NCBI RefSeq assembly: GCF_902652985.1
Contig: NC_047017.1
Coordinates: forward strand, 17,980,001-18,044,000
DNA length: 64,000 nucleotides
Reading direction: 5' to 3'
DNA from: Pecten maximus
Taxonomy: Eukaryota
In this document: positions 26,401 to 49,388 of the stretch, one piece after another
How positions within the stretch are numbered: the stretch's first letter is position 1
Layout: every line of letters begins with the position of its first letter
The notes under the pieces: generated by a model
What the model saw: only the letters and a program-made list of their open reading frames with translations
Database searches by the model: none
Told to the model about the DNA's origin: nothing
Program-made: the position numbers and the translations under genes

Positions 26401-29400
26401 GCAGTATGTGCCATCTTTATATATCTCATTTATTACCTGTAACACAACCGACCCCTCCATACACCAGAGACCTGCCCTCCATTATACTGGCATCACATTC
26501 CACATCCCCATCTAAAGTTAGGCTGGACCCAGTGCCTGCGTTAGTTAGAGGACAATTCTGAAAATAGTGGGACCAACATATATCATTTACAGCTAATTGA
26601 CTTAGCTAGATATATAGATTACAACATGTTGAAGATATTTCAAATTAATTTGATGACAAAAAATTATAACTGTTAAGGAAAAATACAAATTATAAGCATC
26701 ATGGGAACACTAAAATTGATGATTCAGTATCTTGCTTAATCTCGGATCCTATACTATAAAGTTTGACAAGCCTCTCATGAATAATATTAAATCACATATG
26801 AACCATTGATATCATTGTTTTAGTCAATAAGCAACAAATGAAAACTCACATTATAGTGCAATCATTTTTTTTTTATAGTTTTCCTCATTTTCAAGATTTC
26901 AGAATAGTTTTCTACCAATGTTTTAGCAATTTTTAACAAGTTTTTATATAGAGAGATATGATTTGCTGCATTTAATATGTTAAGAAACATTAGTGCATTT
27001 GTATAAAAGTATCATAGTTAGTTTAATTTAGTTTTTCACAGTGATCTCATGGTTTCATATTCATTGTGTACAATCCCAACCCTTAATGGATTGCTGAAGT
27101 GTAATTAGCACCAGGAACTGCAAGTTGAAGCGCTTGAAAACAAGTTCATGCATATAAGAAAATGTTTCCAAATCGTTTCCTGAATGATTTTGTTCCACTT
27201 TTCATATAGAACATGGACACCATTGATTTTTTAGATTATTTCACGACTAACCAATGACAAAATACTGCATGGCCATATTTCAAAACTTCAGTATATTGTT
27301 TCCCCAGTCAAAGCAAATTCTGACATTTCAGTTTAGAAATGTGTATAATTTGTGTTATAGCAATGCACATTCATAAATTGATGTTGGGCATACTGACTTT
27401 TTAACAAAAAATTCATATGTTGTATTCATTTTTACATTTACTATATTGTACATATGAAAAATATTTGTCCACAAACCTCAAGGGAAATAACTGCAGCTGT
27501 AACTGCCTCCAAGGATGAGGCTCCAGTTGCTAATAATCCATGTGCCTTCATGTACAGGTGAAATAAGATATACAGAATTATATCAAACATAAATAAATAA
27601 AAGCTGTTCTGTGTAGTATGTATGCATATACATATACTTCAGGACCAAGTAAACTTAAAGATAACTTTGATCATGATTTTAATCCAATATTTTTTCAAAA
27701 AATAAATCATCAGTAAAAATGTTTATATCTTAATCTAGTAATAATTTCACCCTAAAAATGCTAACTAATTCCACCAGAAAATAACGAAGCTTATTTTTTT
27801 TTTTTAAGAAATTAGTTTTTCAAAAAGTCTATAAATTAATGCACAAAGTTATGGACTGCTATTCACTCGAACCTTGGAACCTTGGTCAATTATTGGAGGA
27901 AGAAGAAAAAGAAAGAAAAAATGAAAATAGATAGCAATGATCATGAATTACCAGTGAACATGCTTCAGCACAGGCTTTCTTGTACTCAGATTCCCGGTCC
28001 TTTGAATGGTATCCAGCGCCTGATGATTACATTACATCAATGATAAAAACTGCTTGATTTCCAAAGAGGGACAAATGTAAGCCCCTATTCCTACTACAAT
28101 GTATATGTATGATATAATAGATGTGTACGTTTAGTGCCTATAATATTTTAGCCGATTTTTTATACACCCCTACTATGATGCATATAATCAGAGACATATC
28201 TCGAGCTCTGATATAATGGACAATTGCATATTTTTCAAACCTAGAGTGTGAATTTAAAAATGTGAATAAAGAGTAAAGCGTAAATTAACTGTTTTGTGAC
28301 AAAGGCATCACGTCATAAAATGATGCGTTAATTATAAGTTTTCATTAGACACTTCGTCACTTTCTTTGATTTTTTATACAATGCATATAAAATTATGTAT
28401 GTATATATATATCTCTATCATCTATATGTACATGTGTATGGGGCACCGTTTTACTATTTATTCCCATTTGGTAATATCACCTATTCGAATAGGTGATATC
28501 ACCAATTCATTTTTCAAATAAGTGATATCACCCATTCGAATAGGTGATATCACTTAATGAAACGAATAGGTGATATCACTTATTCGAATAGGTGATATCA
28601 CTCATTCGAATAGGTGATATCACCAATTGGAATAGGTGATATCACTTAAAAATATTCTTAAGTGATATCACCTATTCGAATAGGTGATATCACTTATAAA
28701 ATTCTTAAGTGATATCACCTATTCGAATAGGTGATATCACCTATTCGAATGAGTGATATCACTATGGGGCGCCTTTTACTATTTATTCCCATTTGGTGAT
28801 ATCACCTATTCGAATAGGTGATATCACCTATTCAATCAGTGATATCACCTATTCGAATAGGTGATATCACCCATTCGAATAGGTGATATCACTTAATGAA
28901 ACGAATAGGTGATATCACTTATTCGAATAGGTGATATCACTCATTCGAATAGGTGATATCACCAATTGGAATAGGTGATATCACTTAAAAATATTCTTAA
29001 GTGATATCACCTATTCGAATAGGTGATATCACTTATAAAATTCTTAAGTGATATCACCTATACGAATAGGAGATATCACTTATGAAATTTTATAAGTGAT
29101 ATCACCTATTCCAATTGGTGATATCACCTATTCGAATGAATGATATCACCTATTCTAATAGGTGATATCACCAATTCATTTTTCAAATAAGTGATATCAC
29201 CTATTCGAATTGGTGATATCACCTATTCGTTTCATTAAGTGATATCACCTATTCGAATTGGTGATATCACCTATTCGTTTCAATAAATGATATCACCAAT
29301 TCGAATGAGTGATATCACCTATTCGAATGGGTGATATCACTTAATGAAACGAATAGGTGATATCACTTATTCGAATAGGTGATATCACTCATTCGAATAG

Positions 29401-29686
29401 GTGATATAACCTATTCAAATAGGTGATATCACTTAAAAAAGTTCTTAAGTGATATCACCTTTTCGAATAGGTGATATCACTCATTTGAATAGGTGATATC
29501 ACCAAATGGGAATAAATAGTAAAACGGTGCCCCATATACATGTGGGTGATCAGGAACAATTCGTTTATTTTTTGCCATGTTAACTTATCATTCAACATCT
29601 TAATTCATTTATCGTTTATGAAAGAAGCATAATAATGTCATTGTATCATGCTCACCTGCGTGAACAGCTATGAAAGTCCCAGTCAT
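17444..29686 (-). CDS. TASP1: Threonine aspartase 1 (Taspase-1), 13 coding exons
   Basis: Exons 29686-29656 ([10 protein letters not shown]), 28019-27952 (GAGYHS), 27545-27477, 26557-26437 (PLTNAGTGS...VECDASIM), 26197-26113 (GVKNPI...GRLPP), 25327-25248 (LVGEGA), 24859-24756, 24364-24215 (QD/TVGAV autocleavage site with catalytic Thr; AAVSSGG; GRLG), 23085-23007 ([10 protein letters not shown]), 22706-22593 (GSGEHLMRT), 21385-21295, 18797-18725 ([10 protein letters not shown]), 17524-17444 (VSRLP...stop). Phases consistent. Confidence 0.93.
17808..18742. repeat. 33-bp minisatellite containing the TASP1 exon-12 end and donor
   Basis: Unit TATCACTGTGATATCCTACCTTTGGTCTGTGTG, about 30 units with 31- and 20-bp variants. 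Confidence 0.95.
19122..20446. repeat. 30-bp minisatellite, about 44 copies, TASP1 intron 11
   Basis: Unit TGATGGATAYGGTTGGGGTAGATGAATCAT. Confidence 0.97.
20457..21213. repeat. 20-bp minisatellite rich in TGACTCA, TASP1 intron 11
   Basis: Unit AGGTGACTCATGGYTKGGT with alternating variants. Confidence 0.93.
21987..22588. repeat. 50-bp minisatellite, 12 copies, abutting the TASP1 exon-10 donor
   Basis: Unit ACTCTCAAAACCTCTAGTCTACCTTATAACTGGTTCTGAGTGTGTTTCTG. Confidence 0.97.
23229..23872 (+). mobile_element. Solo LTR (Gypsy-like) in TASP1 intron 8
   Basis: TGTAAAAG...CTTTTACA inverted termini, 4-bp TSD CATG on both sides, internal TATATAAA (about 23423) and AATAAA (about 23707). Confidence 0.8.
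24922..24992 (-). mobile_element. tRNA-derived SINE head or tRNA pseudogene
   Basis: Minus strand TAGCCTAGTGGTAGG...GTTCGAAACCGG (A and B boxes); no convincing acceptor stem. Confidence 0.55.
28437..29536. mobile_element. Non-autonomous TIR element with an internal 22-bp palindromic array
   Basis: TIR TATGGGGCACCGTTTTACTATTTATTCCCATTTGG, 8-bp TSD TACATGTG, second left end at 28763, empty site at about 32264. Confidence 0.88.
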
Positions 29687-29870
29687 GTTTTCAGCATTTA
29701 TAAATAAATACACGTGTGTTGTAAAAGGTCACTACATTGAACCGGAAGGGAATTCCCCATCATGAATGACGTCAATGACAGTGCATTGTGGGAAACTTAC
29801 GTGGCATTTACTTCGTTTGTCAAAACAGCACGTTTACATCAACGTCAAATTAACACTGCTGGAAGTAAGT
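29687..29870. promoter_or_regulatory. TASP1/SEC23 bidirectional promoter, copy A, with putative SEC23 non-coding exon 1 (donor GTAAGT at 29865)
   Basis: Clustered CACGTG, ACCGGAAG (ETS-type), TGACGTCA (CRE), TGCATTGTGGGA (ZNF143/SBS-like) and TACGTGGC between the TASP1 ATG and a plus-strand donor. Confidence 0.7.
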
Positions 29871-30365
29871 ATATCATTGTGAATTATTACTTTTCATTAC
29901 TTACGAAGTGTTCTTATATATCGACATAACTTGGAAGCATATATTGTGTAGTAGTCGTCCGATAACGCCGAGAATCCACACCGGCTCTACGACATATGAT
30001 CAGTTGTCAAACTCTGAAACTGGTAAAACAAGAGTGAATCGGTGATTTATTGCTGCATTAATTGTTCACGTGTGATTGATTGTCATCTATATACAAATAC
30101 CACAATGAGAGCTGATACGTATATAAAGTAAGTAACAGTATATATTTACTACAAGCAAACAACGAGTGTGACGAAGGAAAAAAAAAGGGGGGGGGGGGGG
30201 GGGGGGTGTCACTGATAACTCAACCACAATATACACTGTAGATAGGGGCATGTCTTATGTTATTGTTAATTATTTTTTAATTATTTGTTGTAACAGCGCT
30301 CAAAGTGGATATTTTTACCAGGTGACCTATTTGGCTAGAAAATTAAGGGATTATAAGCCCTATAT

Positions 30366-31714
30366 CAGAGACATATATACAGAGAGATTAGTAACATCGC
30401 TATTTCCCCGTACACATAGTGGCTCCCTTTATTCGTGACCACTCAAGCATATCCCTTATCGAGAGCGTCCTGTCTCCTATCAAACACATGGGAGCGCAGG
30501 TAAATCGGGCTATGCGCATGTGTGTATCGTAGTATTGGAACTTATTCGACATGTTCTGGTTAATCCGCCATTATGTCAGACCAAAACATCGTCATTTTAA
30601 ATACACACAGAAAGCACATCGTTTTATTTTGGCCACTACAAAAGTTACCACATTAACCAAAAACTATCAAACTTATGGGATATAGTCTTATTGATCATGC
30701 ATATTGTTGTCATTTATCCGTATTTTCGAAAATCCATTGGGTCCTATTCGACATGTCCAAGTTTGTAATTAAGCCGCCATTACGTCCGACCAAAACATCG
30801 TCAATTTTAAACGCACACAAAAAGCACATCGTTTTATTTTGGCCACTACAAAAGTTACCACATTAACCAAAAACTATCAAACTTATGGGATGTAGTCTTA
30901 TTGATCATGCATATTGTTGTCATTTATCCGTATTTTCGAAAATCCATTGGGTCCTATTCGACATGTCCAAGTTTGTAATTAAGCCGCCATTACGTCAGAC
31001 CAAAACATCGTCAATTTTAAACGCACACAAAAAAAGCACATCGTTTTATTTAGGCCACTACAAAAGTTACCACATTAACCAAAAACTATCATACTTATGG
31101 GATATAGTCTTATTGATCATGCACATTGTTGCCATTTATCCGTATTTTCTAAAATCCATTGGGTCCTATTCGACATGTCCAAGTTTTGTAATTAAGCAGC
31201 CATTACGTCCGACCAAAACATCGTCAATTTTAAATGCACACAAAAAGCACATTGTTTTATCTAGGCCACTACAAAAGTTACCACATTAACCAAAAACTAT
31301 CATACTTATGGAATGTGGTCTTGATTATCATGCACATTGTTGTCATTTATCCGTATTCTCGAAAACCCCATAGGGACTTTTCGAAAATTGAAGATTCCCG
31401 CCGATCTTTCCTGCGTTGTGCTTGACTTTCATACTCAAAATACAAACACTTGGACAGCAAATTGTGATATATTTCATATTGATGACACTTCTGCACTTTG
31501 ATATTAATAAAATTAAAGCACATAATTGGATCTTGGTGATGATTTCAAATAGAAATTATCGATAATTATGTGTCTGGTTTTCAAGTTTTCTCCAATATGG
31601 CGTCTAGTGAAGACTGAACCGAGCGACCGCAAAGGATTGTGGGAAGGTCAGGGGCCACTATGTAAACACAAGGGCAAATAGAGAGCTGCCAATCTCTCTG
31701 TATATATGTCTCTG
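30366..31714. mobile_element. Non-autonomous DNA transposon (P-like ends) with about 4 internal ~210-bp repeats
   Basis: TIR CAGAGACATATATACAGAGAGATT, 7-bp TSD CCTATAT, absent from the duplicate copy at about 33170. Confidence 0.85.
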
Positions 31715-32115
31715 CCTATATGTATATCTGCTTGGTAAAAACTTCATCAGGACAGATTTGGCTACCTGTCAATCTAAGTGTCGCACTCCATAAGTCACAA
31801 CATTAAGATAAACTTGAGAAACAAGTACGAATCACACACATATATGTATATCTTTAAAAAGTGCATCCAATGTATATATTAGAATACAACTGAATCATCA
31901 TACAGAATAAGCAAATCCACTCTTCCCCATATAGATGTCCGGAACATCAAAGGACAGAATTATATATTTTGGAAAGTCCTACAGATGGACAGAATATACT
32001 TTATGTTTTAAGATTAAGCACTATATGCCTATTCTACATAAACAATTCCAGTGCATGAAGTTTAAACATCAGTTTTGAAGACTTAAAAGAATATAAACTA
32101 TATGGTACTTAATGA

Positions 32116-32313
<198 letters not shown>

Positions 32314-32388
32314 TAACTTATCATTCAACATCTTAATTCATTTATCGTTTATGAAAGAAGCATAATAATGTCATTGTATCATTCTCAC

Positions 32389-32419
32389 CTGCGTGAACAG
32401 CTATGAAAGTCCCAGTCAT
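32389..32419 (-). other. TASP1: Second intact copy of TASP1 coding exon 1 (orphan or alternative first exon)
   Basis: Identical to 29656-29686 (ATG...GCAG|gtgag). Confidence 0.85.
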
Positions 32420-32600
32420 GTTTTCAGCATAAACATACACACGTGTGTTGTAAAAGGTCACTACATTGAACCGGAAGGGAATTCCCCATCATGAATGACG
32501 TCAGTGACAGTGCATTGTGGGAAACTTACGTGGCATTTACTTCGTTTGTCAAAACAGCACGTTTACATCAACGTCAAATTAACACTGCTGGAAGTAAGTA
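32420..32600. promoter_or_regulatory. TASP1/SEC23 bidirectional promoter, copy B
   Basis: Near-identical to 29687-29870 with all motifs retained. Confidence 0.7.
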
Positions 32601-32984
32601 TATCATTGTGTATTATTACTTTTCATTACTTACGAAGTGTTCTTATATATCGACATAACTTAGAAGTATATATGGTGTAGTAGTCGTCCGATAACGCCGA
32701 GAATCCACACCGGCTCTACGACATATGATCAGTTGTCAAACTGTGAAACTGGTAAAACAAGAGTGAATCGGTGATTTATTACTGCATTAATTGTTCACCT
32801 GTGATTGATTGTCATCTATATACAAATACCGCAATGAGAGCTGATACGTATATAAAGTAAGTAGCTGTATATATTTACTACAAGCAAACAACGAGTGTGA
32901 CGAAGGGAAAAAAAAGGGGGGGGGGGGGGGGGGGGGGAGGTCACTGATAACTCAACTACAATATAGATTGGGCATGTCTTATGT

Positions 32985-33056
32985 TAGTCCGAATTTTCTG
33001 ACGATCTTACTATGTATCAGCTTTTGCCGATATTAACATCAGAACCCTTCGGATTA
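32985..33056. mobile_element. 72-bp mini-element with 9-bp TSD (Mutator-like)
   Basis: TAGTCCGAA...TTCGGATTA flanked by GTCTTATGT; empty site at about 30252. Confidence 0.75.
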
Positions 33057-33397
33057 GTCTTATGTAGGCCTATATAATGTTATTGTTAATTATTTGTAGT
33101 AACAGGGTTCAAAGTGGATATTTTTACCAGGTGGCCTATATTTTGGCTACAAAATTAAGGGATTATATGCTCTATATATAATTATAAATCTGCTTGGAAA
33201 AAAACTTTATCAGGACAGATTTGGCTACCTGTCGATCTTAGTCTAAGACTCCATAAGTCACAACATTAAGATAAACTTGAGAAACAAGTACGGATCACAC
33301 AAATATATGTATACCTTTAAAAAGTGCATCCAATATATATATTGCAATACATTGGATCATCGTACAGAATAAGCAAATTAAATCCACTCTTCCCCTA

Positions 33398-33507
33398 TAG
33401 CTAGTAGAACCAGTATTCATACCCTGCCTATACACTGCTCTCTGGCAGGGTACGGTCATCTGTCAGAAATTTTCCGTCTATCGTCCAGAGCTTTGTTATC
33501 GCAGCTA
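33398..33507. mobile_element. 110-bp mini-element with 8-bp TSD (hAT-like)
   Basis: TAGCT...AGCTA flanked by TTCCCCTA; empty site at about 31923. Confidence 0.7.
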
Positions 33508-33697
33508 TTCCCCTAGATGTCCGGAACATCAAATGGGCGGAATTATATATTTTGGAAAAGCCTTGGATGAACAGAATATACTTTTTATTTTGAAATTAAC
33601 CATGAGGCGGCTGGCCTATTCTACATAAACAATTTCAGTGCATGATGTTTAAACATCAGTTTTGAAGACTTAAAAAAGAATATAAACCCATGTATGA

Positions 33698-44027
<10,330 letters not shown>

Positions 44028-44150
44028 TCAGGGGTAGCCACAAACTAGGACAAAAGACTTTGTTTTAAATTAACCAGTGTGTGAAAAAAACCCACAAACC
44101 ATTGTATGAACACAAGGAATTTGTGCCTACCAGAACACATTCTCTTTACT

Positions 44151-44424
44151 TGAGGAACAAGCTCATCAGGGTATCGGGGAAATATTGAAACCACGAGTGT
44201 CAGTAGAACCAAGTGTGATGAGGAACAAGCTCATCAGGGCATTGGGGAAATATTGAAACCACGAGTGTCAGTAGAACCAAGTGTGATGAGGAACAAGCTC
44301 ATCAGGGCATCGGGGAAATATTGAAACCACAAGTGTCAGTAGAACCAAGTGTGATGAGGAACAAGCTCATCAGGGCATCGGGGAAATATTGAAACCACAA
44401 GTGTCGGTAAAACCAAGTGTGATA
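44151..44424 (+). repeat. 68-bp tandem repeat, 4 copies, just downstream of the SEC23 stop (probable 3' UTR)
   Basis: Unit TGAGGAACAAGCTCATCAGGGCATCGGGGAAATATTGAAACCACGAGTGTCAGTAGAACCAAGTGTGA. Confidence 0.93.
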
Positions 44425-45962
44425 CTTTGTGTTGGTACTGACAGTATCTTTTTATCCTGTTTTCGCAATCACCAAAGTTTACCTGTAATTGTCATGCATG
44501 CAATTTATTCCATATAAGTACTCTGTATAAGTGATAGTTATTAGTGTAAGGTCTTCAGGTATGCCGGTGGTATTATCACTGAATATTCGGTAGCCCTGGC
44601 CCGGTGTGTTAGCGGTCTGTGATTGGACAAGTCATTATATATTACCCATCCGAAATGGGGTAAACTAATTAACAAAAGTTCATATTCCTCATTTGAAGTA
44701 ACATACATGTTCATTTAAATGAACTCCATGGAATTTATAAAAATAATGTGGTGATGCTGTTATTCATGTGTAATTTGTTGTAGATGTTAATGATCCCAGC
44801 AGGTCCTTGCTATAGGCCAGTGATGTCTGTTTCAAGCAAAAATTCACAAACGGGATCCAGTTCTCTGGTGAATTTAAAGTATATATTAAATTGTTTCTTA
44901 CAAAAGAAATTTACAGTGTAATAGCTGGTCAGTGGTTGTATATGTTGTATAAATGAAGTGTGACTGTTGTATACAACGTGAGTGAGGTATGTTTGAGAAG
45001 CCTAGTTTAGCAATGTGCTCAGCATTACTTTTAAACCAAAATATTAGGTTTACGATGTTGAATCAAATTTGATTGTTCAGCTATCCATGCCTGAAGATAA
45101 TTGATTACAGCTTCAAATTTAGTAAACAAATTATCATTGGTGCAGATTTGTATTTTAAAGGAAATCTCAAGTGTTGAAAGTATTTAACATGTTTCTGAAT
45201 GATTTTAATGAATTTTGAATTTCAAATTCTATGTATATCTAGTGTAAATGAGAAAAATCTGTAGACACTTAAAATAGTTAAAAATGATTTTGAATTTAAA
45301 TTTAGAAATTAAAAGAAAAAATATCAAATTCAATTTTATTTGATAATTAATTAAGGTGCCAGATGTGTTTTCATTTTATAGTGATTCTCATGATCATCTG
45401 TAATGTGAAAACCGATTGATAAATTTATCTTGGCAGAACATGAAAATATCAAAATGTATAAATGTTGCTTTAACTTTTTTTTTTCAATGGTGCAAATTCT
45501 GAATAGACAATGTGATTGAACCCCAAATACGAAAAGGCGAAATAATTGTATGTTAATCAGTAAATACTGATATTGCAGTTATAACAGCTAGCTGTGGGGT
45601 GACACACAACATACTCAATATTAACGAAGGATGCATATTGTGCTTGTTTTATTTTTTGTTGACTAATTTTAGCATTTGTTTTCATGTTTTGTTGACAAAA
45701 TATTATCATAAATATCTAGTATTTTTACTATAAATTATGACTGTCAACTGTGGATGTATTTATTACTTGAAAAGAAATGAATGAATGAAATTTTCAAAAA
45801 ATGAAATATTTTGTATTTGTCTTTTCTATCTGGTAATTAATGTTAGTATATATTAGTATGAGATGTTTTGTCCAACACCATTCATGATGACCCAGGCAAG
45901 AGGTGCATCAGGTTGATTAACATCAGCTTACCATCCAACATGTTAAGTTCAATTCCTACCTA

Positions 45963-46189
45963 GGCCCAGTTATTCAACAGGTGATTAGGCTAATCACAGT
46001 TTAACAACAATTTTAAATTCCTGATGAAATAATTTCTGGAAAAACTAACTTGACAACATTTTATTAAACTATAATGCTCGCCCAAATTTTTCTACCTACC
46101 GATTTGAAGACACATATTTTTAAGTAAAGGAGAAATGAGATTCCACTAATCAAGTGTTTAGATCTAATCACCTTTTGAACAACTGGGCC
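45963..46189. mobile_element. MITE, same family as 8928-9166
   Basis: GGCCCAGTT...AACTGGGCC with 3-bp TSD CTA. Confidence 0.8.
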
Positions 46190-48327
46190 CTAGAGTGGTT
46201 GAAGTTTCACAGGAAGCTTAGATCAGAGATTGTCCAAGACACTTTACCACACTTATTGCTCTGTATAGCATCAACAGGCCTCCTGCAGTTTGTTCAATGA
46301 GTTAGTCACAATCTACTACAAATTAAACCATTTCACCTTGAAATGACCCTGGCTGTTCATGGCACAATACACCCAGCAAACAAACTGACATCATCACAGA
46401 AATTTAATCAAAATAAACAGTATTACTGTACATACGAGACCGATGTAAAAGGTATTGAGTCAAGTTCCAGGTTAATAGAAAGATATATTATACGGGTACT
46501 GAAAGGTAGGTCATTGTTGATCTGTAGGTATTGTCCCTCACCTTTGTTTTTAACTCGCCTGGTCCTAAGGACTGGTGATCTTCAGCCATGGCATAACGTC
46601 TGTCGTCTGTCAAATTTACACTACTAGTCATGAACTAGTGAATGTATGCAATCTTCGAAAAAGTCAGAAATTCCTGTCTGGAACTTGAATCGATGAATCT
46701 CCACTCCACATTAAAGTACTGTGCCCTTGTGCAGAGTGATTAGAATATTTCACTAGCCCAGCTTCCAATAGGTATCAACAATGACAACAACAGAATGAAA
46801 TACAATGTATTTATTTATCTATAAATGCAAGTACAATGTCCTACATTGATATAAAGTGAATATAGCAATTGTATTATTTTACAAACATTGGAATTTTCCT
46901 GCTGAGAAATTCAGATTATACAGAAGTAAAGAACATTAAATGGCTGTCAACATAAGTTGCATGGACACTTAACAAAATGTCTAAATTTCATTGTAAACTT
47001 ATTAGCACCTTTAAATACACAACATTTCAATGTCCTCTATCTCTTCATTGTTACACAACACTTCACCCTTCCCTTGTAAAGCAGCTACTACAATATTTGA
47101 TGATCGCATTTTGTTCAGCCAAAGTCTACTCAAGATTTCTTCATAAAAACTGAAATCAATCAAATCAATTAAATTTCAAAGTATTTGGAACAGTATTTGA
47201 TAAAAATAATTCTTGAATTTCTTTTAAACTTCCAATATTATAGGTAGAAGTAAATACTATCAACATTATACATAAAACTCTAGCTTGCAGATCTCCCTCA
47301 AAGGACAGCATATCAAAATTCTGATTGGTTTTATATACACTAGTTTTCTATCACCAATTACTGAAACCCACAAACAAAACTGTTTTCTATCCCACAATAA
47401 GCCCATGGGGACAAACACAGAACCTCTTGGGATCTCTGCAGAACAATGAAATTACTGTAACATTTGTTGGTAATTCTGATGAACAGCAATATATATGGAC
47501 AGACTTATTACTGGGCACGGACTGACCGCTGGATAAATATGGTAACCGAAAATCAGGAAATTGTAGAGAAGTGAAATAGTTTGGACCACATTCTCACAAT
47601 GTGTAGCCCTAAGGCATCAAAATTGTGCACTGCAGCGATACATCAGGGTAGGAGAGACAGAAAGGAATTGAAGACTAGGGGAGAAAGAAACGGATCAGTG
47701 AGATCTGAAAAGTGAGAAAAGCTTGAAACAAGATCACCTCTGAAAATCAAAAACTAAACGCATCTACAGATCCATTAATCACAGAAAAAGACAATAAACA
47801 TTTACATTCTTGAATGTCAAAGAAGTCATTTAGACATCAGTAAATGCATTTAAAAATTTCAAATGAATTTCTCTTCTGGATATTTTTTTCAGGTCAATAT
47901 TAACAGGATATTGATTTATTTATCATAATTGGACGATATATCTTTGAACTGATAATACATACATATATATATATACTTACAGAAAATACCGGTAAAAGGG
48001 TGAGACATTAGTCGGGTATGATTGTATGAGCCATAACTTATTATGTTGGTGCTGTAGTACCATGGTAGATTATGTATATACAGTTTATTTTGTATATCAA
48101 ACATCTACCTTTCTGTTCTAATTCATAAGGTAGCTAGTCACAATAAACATCTCATTATGTCTGACATATTCAATAGCTGGCATATGTTGTTCATGATCAA
48201 TTTTTGGAACTCAAAAACTAGTGTTGTATTAAACAAAAGTCACCAACAGTACAGTGTCTACATTCATGTACCTGTACAAGGTCATCCAAAGTATATATTA
48301 AATCTATACAAAATGTTCATCCATGTA

Positions 48328-48512
48328 CAGTGGAACCTCGTTATCTAAACGTCTGTTGGAAGTCATGAAAAAACTTCAAAATATCTCGAGTATTCCAGGT
48401 AACGGAGAATATTTTACATCGATATTTTACTGTCAGAACTTAATTTTCACTTTGAGTTCAGCACACACGGTCTTTAAGTTGTCAGAGCTTGAGATAACAG
48501 AATTTGCCTTTA
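48328..48512. mobile_element. Degenerate Tc1/mariner-pogo-type MITE
   Basis: TA|CAGTGGAACCTCGTTATCT left end and a degenerate AGATAACAGAATTT right end. Confidence 0.45.
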
Positions 48513-49014
48513 TATACATGATGTACAAAATGCATAACAACAATAATATCACTCTAACATCAAATATAACTCTCCTTTAAATAAACTCAATTACTATTCC
48601 AGGTATCGTTTTTTTTGGCTGCATTATATGTTCCTTTAAAATTGCTTAATCATCTTCAAAGTATGTTGTTTTCATCACATAATGAAAATATTTATTTAGT
48701 AATTTTTTCAATGTTTTTTTTTTATAGTTCAGAATTTTGTGACTTTATCCTAATCGATACATTTATGATTGGAAGCTACAAGGTCACTCCCTGCATTAAA
48801 ACATAAATACATAAAATAAAACAGAATATATATAAAACGATACATCAACATATAGCAGAGCTTTGGATTTACTTGACAAAAAAAAATCCCCAAAAAACAA
48901 ATATGTAGTACATCTTGTGCAAGTTAGGAATGATATTCATGGCAATTTCATGGCCACTTTATGTAGAATTCAAATTAAGATGTAGAAAATTAAATACAAT
49001 AAGTATGATTATAC

Positions 49015-49388
49015 AAAGATGCTACAGCGCCAACAAAAGAATAAATATTATTGACTGAAAACAAGAATACCTGTTGTATATCAGTGTATTGTACCAAAAA
49101 GGTAAAATAATCTAAGATATTATTAAAAAATTTTTTAGCTTCTCTTTTAAATTTGAAGTGAATAAATAATTATTACCATCCAGAAGAAGTTTTTCATACT
49201 ATGCCTATCTATTTTAGTAATGTCACTTTCAGTCTTTTTTGTGATCATTTTTAGAATGCTGTTATTAAGATTTTTTTTATCTGTCGATGTAATTACAAAA
49301 TATACAGATATTTCTATATTTAGTGGGTGTCACTTTGAGACATTTTGTAGCAAGCACTTTATACACTGTCTGTGCTGTAGCATCTTTT
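49015..49388. mobile_element. MITE with AAAGATGCTACAGC termini
   Basis: Terminal inverted repeat; a related left end occurs at about 15578. Confidence 0.6.

Noticed and set aside
28437-29536. CRISPR-like appearance of palindromic repeats (also considered for the other arrays)
   Set aside because: No unique spacers, no cas genes, eukaryotic intron context, bounded by TIR and TSD.
30675-31425. Repeated ORFs MGYSLIDHAYCC...
   Set aside because: Derived from the 210-bp internal repeats of a non-autonomous transposon; frames break between units.
44151-44424. Box C/D snoRNA array (GTGATGA at unit junctions)
   Set aside because: No box D (CTGA) or terminal stem in the unit.
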